This document shows positions 56,144-64,000 of a stretch of 64,000 bases of DNA, piece after piece. Below the pieces are notes generated by a model that was not told the origin of the DNA, ran no database searches, and was given only the letters and a program-made list of their open reading frames with translations. The stretch's first letter is position 1. Each line of letters starts with the position of its first letter. The stretch covers positions 21,328,001-21,392,000 of the forward strand of contig JBHGNT010000001.1 of NCBI GenBank assembly GCA_043228905.1, given 5' to 3'. A program made the translations under genes and the position numbers. The DNA comes from Azolla caroliniana (taxonomy: Eukaryota > Plantae > Polypodiophyta).

Positions 56144-59100
56144 GGTGATTTCTTCTCTGTTGATGAATAATAAGGCAAAGAAAGCAGGGTAGAGAAAAAA
56201 GCTCATAACTTCTTCATCTCTTATCCAAATTTCAAAAGAAAAGATTCATAAGAAAGCTGACAAAGAGATCTTTCTTGTATGAAAAAATTGGATGAAAACC
56301 CAGAAACAATTATATGAAAAACGCACCACACAAACTCGAGAATATGTAAAAGAAAAGAAAAGAAAAAAGCAAGAATAACGCAACTAAAAACCTATAAATA
56401 TGCGGTATTCTTAGCAATATGGAGGATGGAGGAAGAATAGAATATCTACAAGGAAGGATAGAAGATCTACAAGAAGAAGTGAAGAAGAAGAAGGGAGGAA
56501 GAAGAAGAAGATTAGAAGAAGTGGGAAGACGATTAGTGGAAGAAAGAGAGAAGGCAAAAAGACTATTTTAGTAATAGTATATTGAAGTAGTTATTTGGGG
56601 TTGTTCCTCTTGGTGTTTAAGAGGATTGTATTCTTTTCTTAATAGTATATTGAAGTATTCTTTTTTCTTCCTCTTCTCTTCTCTTCTCTATCTTTTTTCT
56701 CTCTCGCATCATCACTTAGCATTTAACTTGTAGTTGGTCGGCAACACAAAGCCGACCGACTTTGCTTCCTATGTTGAACCTCTCTATGATCTTTGTCACA
56801 TACTTCTATTGTGGCAACCACAACACTTTCTTAGTTCTATGTCGAACTATGTGCATCCCCAAGATCTGTTTAACCGGTCCAAGATCTTTCATGACAAACA
56901 ATTTGCCTAGGGCTTTCTTCAAGCTCCCGATCTTCCTTGTGTTTTGACCGACTATCAACATGTCATCTACATATAATAAGAGAATCAATGAATCACCTTC
57001 TTCGTACCTTTTGACAATACTTGATCTTTAGACTTTAGTACAAAAGCCCACAACTTCCGACTGTAGTCATCGATGAAAGTCACAAAGTATTATCCGCCTT
57101 GATGTGATAGAGCATCCACATAACACACATCCGTGTGTACTAGTTCCAGTGGCACTTCTCTTCTTCTTGGTGGTCTTGAGTGGAATGTTGCTCTGTTCTG
57201 CTTTACAACTAAGCAGTCGATGCACTTCTCCAGGTGCACTCCCTTTACTTCTGGTAGAATGTTTTGGTCGGCTAACAGATGCAGACCCTTCTCACTCATG
57301 TGGCCTAGCTTCTTATGCCATAACTCTCCACTCGAGTCGGTTGCCACATTCACTTCCGACTTGCACAATCGGGCATGCATCATGTACAATATGCCTTCTT
57401 TCTGTGCTCTGGCCGCTAGGAGGTTTCCACGAAAAAAATTCCACTTTCCATTTAAGAAGCTACCACTATAGTCTTCGTCATCCATCTTTCCAGTCGATAT
57501 CAAATTCAACATGATATCGGGGACGTGTCGAACATCCTTCAGAGTCAGCCGACACCCTGTCGACGTCGTCAAGTAGACACTTCTGACTCTGGCTACCTTG
57601 TACTCTCCATTATCACCCATCTTTACATAGACATGATCACCGGCTATGTAAGTCAAGAAATACTCTCTTATATGGAAAGATGCACCAGAGTCGATCATTC
57701 AAGTGCATTCTTCGCTTGCAAGATTTGCACTTGCCTATTCACAAATGAGCAAGAGTTCTTCATTGCTCATAGCAATGGCCGAAGTGCTCTTTTCATCAGG
57801 AATCTTCCTGGGTTCGACATTATTAGCGACACTCTTGTCCTTCTTAAGATGTCGGCAGTCCTTCTGGAAATGTCCAGGCTTTCCACAATAAAAGCATGTT
57901 AGCTTAGCTATGGACTTCGATCTGGCATGGGACTTTTCTTGCCTCAGTCGACTCCTTTGCTGGTTCCTTCCTCTGTCCGAATGTTGTGACACATTTGCAT
58001 TTGAATAAGACAAGACATCCTTGTCCTTCCTTCTTGCTTCCTCATTCAGGATGCTTGTCTTCACCACTTGTAAAACAAGTTCTCTTCTTGGGAGGAGGTT
58101 CTGAGAGTAACCACCAGGTTCTCCCAGCTATCTGATAGCGTGCACATCAGTAGGATGGCCTGCATCGCATCATCAAGGGGAAACTTGCTTGCAGCAAGTT
58201 GATTTACATAACCCATGAATGTGCTGATGTGTTCGACGATGTTCTCACCGTCTCTGTATTTTAGCCGCACAATCTTTCTCATCAATGAGGTTTTATTTAG
58301 GGCGTTCTTCCTCTTGTATAGACATGATAGCTTTTGCCACATCTCGTGGGCATTTGTGTTGTTCGTCACATGCTGAAGGACACTTACATCGATGCACTGT
58401 CGGATGGTGGCCACCGCCTTTCTGTTAAGAAGTTTCCATTTGGACTCTAATACCCCCGTGGGTATTTTTGCCCTGTCAATCGGCTTGTACAGGTCTTTGA
58501 CTATGAGAAGGTCCTCCATCTTTATCTTCCAGTCTGCATAGTTCTGTGAGTTTAGAACTATCATACATGGGAAGCTATTCACACCTCCTTCTAGTTTGTT
58601 GAGAAATGAATCATTAATCCACACGAAGAATATGCTGAGAATACACAATTCGAAACACACACAAAACAATGCACACTGATTTTACGTGGAAACCTTGAAT
58701 GAGGGAAAAAAACTACGCGAACAGAGCTTCACTAGTGGATATACAAATGGAGAAGATTACAACACTCTATGTGGAGTGTGTTAGCCTCACACAGCTCTTG
58801 GCGCCTGTTGCTAAATACACAACTATGACGCCGCTCTCTTACTGATCTTCCTCTCTCTTGCACGTGCTTCATTATTCTACGCTATACACATCATAATGTT
58901 CACTTACACTCTACGTTTGCCCTAGATGTATTTATACTCATCCATCATATGGGCTATTTACAAGTGTAGCCCCTACTACACATCACTATTATTATTATTA
59001 TAATAGTAAGTAGCAATCAACTGACTCTAGTTTCAACTGTCCAGTCGGTTTGATTAGTCGGCCTGGTCATCGACCATCTAGTCGGCCTGACTAGCCGGTC

Positions 59101-59604
59101 GTGTCTTGGACCTGGATCTCCTTCCTATCGACTCACCCAATCGATTCTCATAGTTGACTTTCCCGCAATTGACTCTTCAACCATCGGCACTTGGTCTAAA
59201 CAATTGGATATTCCTTGTCTACAACTGTCAGAACTTCTTTGCCCAAACAGTCGGCTCCTCCCAATGGTATGAGCATTAAAGTACTTGTTAGTCCTTTTAA
59301 GGACTTGTATAAAAAAGTGTTCTATAGGACTTTTGTATGTATAGAGTGATATTTTGAAATTGAATTTATGTTGTTTTGCTCTCTCTGTCTTTCTCGTGAA
59401 CTGTGTATTCTCAAGCTTCCATTAAACCTTCATTTCTATTATACTGTTGTTATCCGGCTGAGCCGGTTTCTCTACAAGCTTCCACACACAATTCTTTTCA
59501 ATTAGCAAAGCCACTACTTTCATCGTTGACCTTCCTTCTTATTTCTTCATTCAAGATAGAGCCTTTATCCGCATTGAGCTAAATTAGAAAATTAGACAAT
59601 TAGA

Positions 59605-60683
59605 CCCTATGCGAAAATCCGTAGCCAAGATGGACGACGAATTGTACAATTTATGACAGTTCGCCTAAATCATGAGAGGAACAAGCAAGAGCTTGGTGAT
59701 CATTCAATACCAAAAGACTGTGAGGATTTTGATAATAAGATTTTTGACTAGGACTGCTATGAGTGAGGGTTGTAATAGTCCAATTATTAAAAGACCCTCA
59801 TATAGGGCATTACAACATATGAATAAGTCATTTCATGTTTTTGAAAGTGGTGCTATATGTGTGACTAGGATGTATGAATGCAAGTGGAACTTGAAAGAGA
59901 ATGTTAATCTGTTTCAACAGGCATTGAAGGATAATGGAGTACTTGAAATGGAAGAGCAGATTGAAAGTGTTATGGAAGAAATTTCTTTTGCAAATACTTT
60001 AGAAGAGTTAGAAATGTATTTGAAAGAAGATGATGAGAATGTTAGAAAGATCCATGTAAACTCAATTGATATGTATTATGAAATTGATAAGTATACTTGT
60101 AAATATGAAGAAGTAGAAGGTTTATGTAACACAAAATATAAAACAATAGATAAAAAGATTAAACTTGTTGCAGTACCATTACGTATTGGTAGTGAAGAGA
60201 AGATGAAGGCAACATCAACTGAGCCTATGCTTCAACCAATAGAGAAGATTGGACATCACTTCACTTCGGATACAATAAATAACTTAAGAGTCAGAGGGGG
60301 TGAATTTCTTCTACAATCGGAGATCACGACTTTCAAAGACATGGTCTTTAGGCATGGGAAAGCGTTCACATTCAAAGCCGAGGAGATTGGTTGTGTAGAT
60401 CCAAAGGTGGTAACGCCAATGGTAATATTTACTATCTCTCATATTCCTTGGAATTTCAAACCTATTGCAGTACCGAGAGCTCGATTACCTCAATTGTTGG
60501 ACCTGTTGAAGGATAAAGTCAAGATGAAGATTTTAGATCCTTCAAATGCACCATACTCCAACCGATGGTTCACAGTTCCAAAGAAGAGATGGTTCTCTAA
60601 CATTCATTCAAGATCTACAACCAGTCAACAAAATCACAATCCGAAATGCAGGAATCGGCCCGATCGTTGATGAATTTGAAGTT
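59605..60683 (+). pseudogene. Isolated PR-to-RT fragment of a C-related Gypsy
   Basis: VQFMTVR, TKYKTIDKKIK, YSNRWFTVPKK homologous to C; no LTRs. Confidence 0.85.
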
Positions 60684-61053
60684 ATTAGACAATTAGATTG
60701 CCAATGTCTCCAAAATGTCAGCAAAAGTCATTAGAAAGGATATGGCCTATCATCAAAGGTGCGCACGCCTAAATCTTGCAATTTATTCAATATGCCACTA
60801 AAAGTGGATATGTTCTTATTATCTCTCTTTGGTTCATCAGAATGCATAAACATCAGATTTCTCATCAAATGCACTAGATTTACAAGAGTTCATATGTTAC
60901 TTTTAACTTTTCCCCAACCTAATAAGCAAGTGTTATAATCCTTAAAACTCACAAGTCTTTCACATACGTCACAACTATCAGAGTGTTGTCTCCATATTGG
61001 CAGAACATCTTCGATTACTTTTCCGGAGTAATCGGGTCAAGGAATTGTGGTCA

Positions 61054-64000
61054 TGTAAGAGACTAGGGTAGGGCCTAGTAGGGCCGAAATGTACACCCTG
61101 TGGGGTTGGACCCTCTGAGAATCGGCTACAACCGATTTGTGCTCACGATTTCATAGGTTAGATAACTGAATCAGAAATAAGTGTTATTATATGGCAAGAC
61201 TCGACCCCATGACCTTATGCTACATGGGTCGAGCTCTTGACCATTACACCATACATTGTAATACATAGAATATTATTTTCATTTATGTTTTATTATAGAA
61301 AATTGATGTATATTCTAGATTTCTCTGGAACATTCTAGAAACTTCAGGAGTATTCCTGAGAACACTATAAAAGGAGGCACAAGCCATTATTTCGAACCAA
61401 ATCGGTTCAAACTGTCAGGAACAGTACTAAGACAGAGAAGGAATTAGTACTAAAAGAAGTATTAGTACTAAGAGAGGTGAAGAACTCTCGAGAGAAGGAA
61501 AGAGTGAGTGAGAGGGAGGGAGAGAGAGATCGAGATATCGAGAGAGAGTGATGATAAGAAAAGATATATATTATGTGAAGAGAATGTACATTAATAGCTA
61601 GGAGGCAACTGATGTAGTGAAATCGTTGCAATCTCATGAGTAGACCCTCGGGCTTTTCGATATCGGATTTCTCTTGTTCTCCAATCTATGTCTGGGTTAT
61701 GTAATTCGAACCATGATAATCCTAAAACAATGGGGTGTTCTCGGATGCTAATTATATTAAATGATACTACACAGGCTAGATTATCTAGGACAATATTAAC
61801 GGGCTCTGACTCTTCTATGATATTTCCGGAAGCAATGGGATGACCATCAATGACTACTACAGAGGCTGGACACGGGAGTTTTCTAAGTGATATTTGATGA
61901 CCTTGGGCAAAGTTCCTATCCATGAAGCAAGAATTAGCTCCGGAATCTAGAAGTGTTGAGACATGTACTGGAGGGGTACTTTTAGTACTAACTGTTACTT
62001 GGGCTATGAACACATTGCTAACTTGCTTAGAGGGAATGGAACCACTAATGGGCTGCACAGATCTAGGGTTGTCCAACCAAACATCTCATATTTTGGCTGG
62101 ACTTAGTCGTTTAACTCTTCTTCTAACTGACTAAGGACATCAAATTTGTTCGCTAGATTTAGGCTATTAGTACTATTAGGACTATCAGATATCCCTACTA
62201 AAATGGACTCGGGTTTAGTACAATCAGAACTAGCAACTATTTGGTTTACCTGCCTTCTTGGCCTATGGGGACAGTTTACCACGATATGCCCTGGTTCACC
62301 ACAATAAAGACATAGTCGGTTTGCTCAGCGTCGTTGCTTTTATTCTTCCGATAGCGGTCCACGACAACGTGTGGTGTCAATTTCCATCGGAGTTGGAGTA
62401 CTTACTGGAGGTGCATTATATGACTGCCTTGAAAAAGGTTTCGCTACCATTGAGGCATAGCTAGGCTCTGATCTTGCCCTCAGAATCTGGAATTGTCGTT
62501 CTGAACGTCGTTCGAAGAGGCGGTTGTCGCATCTCACTGCACGACTGATTGCTTCTTTTAATGACTTTGGCTCTTCGGGGAAGGTCAACAGTAAATCCTT
62601 GACATTGTTGCGTAAACCATAAAGAAATTTCTCCATCAATGCGTGATCATCCCAAGGGATATCGGTAGCGAGTAGGTGGAAATCCACAACGTATGCGGAG
62701 GCTAGACGGTCACCTTGGCGTAATCGTTGGATTTTGTTGATTGCATTCCTTATGCTGTCAGTATCTCCAAAACAGGCCTTAAACTCACTTATAAATTCTT
62801 CAAAACTGTTTAGTAATGGAGATTCCTTTTCCAAAAATGGAGCAAACCATGCTAACGTTGAGCCACTAAGGAGAGTGCCTACTAGTCCCACTCGTGATGC
62901 ATCGCTGGGATATCGAGAAGGATGCATTTGTATCACTAAACGTACCTGATTCAAAAACCCTCTAAACTGTGATTGGGTCCCATCAAATTTTGTAGGAAGA
63001 CCGATCTTGGGTTCTTTGTGAATCCCTTGCGTGCTTGATCCTTGTTGTTGTAATGATACGATAGTCACTTCGAATTGTTGTACACGTAACATCAGCTCCC
63101 CATGTTGTTATTATTTTTCCAACGCTATTTGTTGAAGATACCCCAACAAACGATGATTTTCTTGTTCTAGTGCTACAAATTTCTCTTTTAAGCAATGGAG
63201 CTTCGAGAAAACAGATTGGTATTCCTAAGCGCTAACAGTTTCCATTTTACTAGGGAGGATAAGAGGATTAATAAGAAGATAAAAGGAAGAGGAGGAAAGG
63301 AAGATACGGAAGGAGGAACGAGCAAAATCGGTAAAGCCCTCAAACACCATTAAAGAGGAGTTCACCATTCAACTTCCAAAGAAGTATCATCATTATGCCG
63401 ATGTGTTCGATAAAGCACAAGCCAATACGCTTCCTCACCATCGACCATATGATTGCCCCATCGATTTACAACTGGGGAAAGAGCCACCATGGGGGCCGAT
63501 CTACAATTTGCCACCAACCGAGCTAGAAGTCCTGCGAGCCTATATAGAGGAGAATTTGGAATATGGTTTCATTCGGCATTCGAAATCTCCAGCCAGCGCA
63601 CCCATTTTCTTCGTCAAGAAAAAGGATGGATCACTTCGTCTCGTTGTAGATTACCGTGGCTTGAATAAGGTGACAATCAAAAATAGGTATGCACTTCCCC
63701 TTATCTCAAGTCTTTTAGAACGGATCAATGGTGCCAGGTTCTTCACGAAGATCGACTTACGGGGAGCCTATAACCTCGTACGGATCCGACCAGGAGATGA
63801 ATGGAAGACTGCGTTTCGCACCAGATATGGGCACGTCGAGTATACAGTCATGTCGTTCGGCCTCACTAATGCGCCGGCAGTCTTCCAACACATGGCAAAT
63901 GATATATTCCGAGATCTCTTGGATGTTTGTTTGATCATCTATTTGGATGATCTACTGGTTTATTTGAAGACCCAAGAAGAGCATGATTCTCATGTACTCT
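61054..64000 (+). mobile_element. Chromovirus-type (Tcn1-like) Gypsy, rearranged; continues beyond the window
   Basis: Truncated LTR from TGTAAGAG with CTATAAAAGGAGG; RT on + ([32 protein letters not shown]); gag-PR on -. Confidence 0.82.
61600..63195 (-). pseudogene. Chromovirus gag (PEG10/DUF4939-like) and protease, inverted relative to its RT
   Basis: PTKFDG...FRGFLNQ, LRQG, CCHC knuckle, LLDSGA, IVLGLSW. Confidence 0.88.

Larger units (their letters stand above)
47824..59267 (-). mobile_element. Copia F (Tnt1/Tork-like), internally deleted, inserted in the 3' LTR of O
   Basis: LTRs at 47824-48501 and 58597-~59267; PPT AAGGGGGAG next to 48501; gag 57735-58580, PR IDSGASFH, partial INT/RT, RNase H 48546-49010; PBS missing. 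Confidence 0.88.
1..59500 (+). mobile_element. Copia LTR retrotransposon O (outermost; 5' part outside window), split by Gypsy A and by Copia F
   Basis: RT-RNaseH at 1-1077 breaks at KNPVFH and resumes in frame (ARKKNIEVHYHF) after 46773. PPT GAGGGGGAG precedes a 3' LTR starting TGTTGAG at 47583. The LTR resumes near 59269 and ends ...ATTCTTTTCA at 59500, resembling the LTR end of Copia E. Confidence 0.85.

Noticed and set aside
60698-61050. Host gene or transposase exon
   Set aside because: No recognisable motif or sustained open frame; left unassigned

Overview
The whole 64 kb window is a nested stack of plant LTR retrotransposons with no recognisable host gene. It looks moss-like (Physcomitrium-type families), which is inferred from the element types only. 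LTR ends and target-site duplications (TSDs) resolve five levels of nesting: Copia O (1-59500) > Gypsy A (1078-46773, -) > Gypsy B (5149-33103, +) > Gypsy C (9421-27850, +) > Gypsy D (13313-23271, -). D is very young, with apparently identical 372-bp LTRs and open ORFs. The window also holds three solo LTRs, Copia elements E, F and G, a 5'-truncated LINE, a Gypsy fragment flanked by direct repeats and a rearranged chromovirus. The most striking signal is in the related Gypsy elements A, B and D, which have no polypurine tract (PPT). At the PPT position, 2 nt before the 3' LTR, each carries a tRNA-like 3' end (T-arm with a 13-14 nt insert, acceptor strand, CCA) in addition to a normal primer-binding site (PBS) at the other end. 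This suggests tRNA-related priming of the plus strand. The same family has a conserved ~960-aa second ORF. Two other Gypsy families carry tRNA-like A-box/B-box modules inside their LTRs. tRNA assignments rest on recalled plant tRNA sequences and need database confirmation. All alignments were made by eye.
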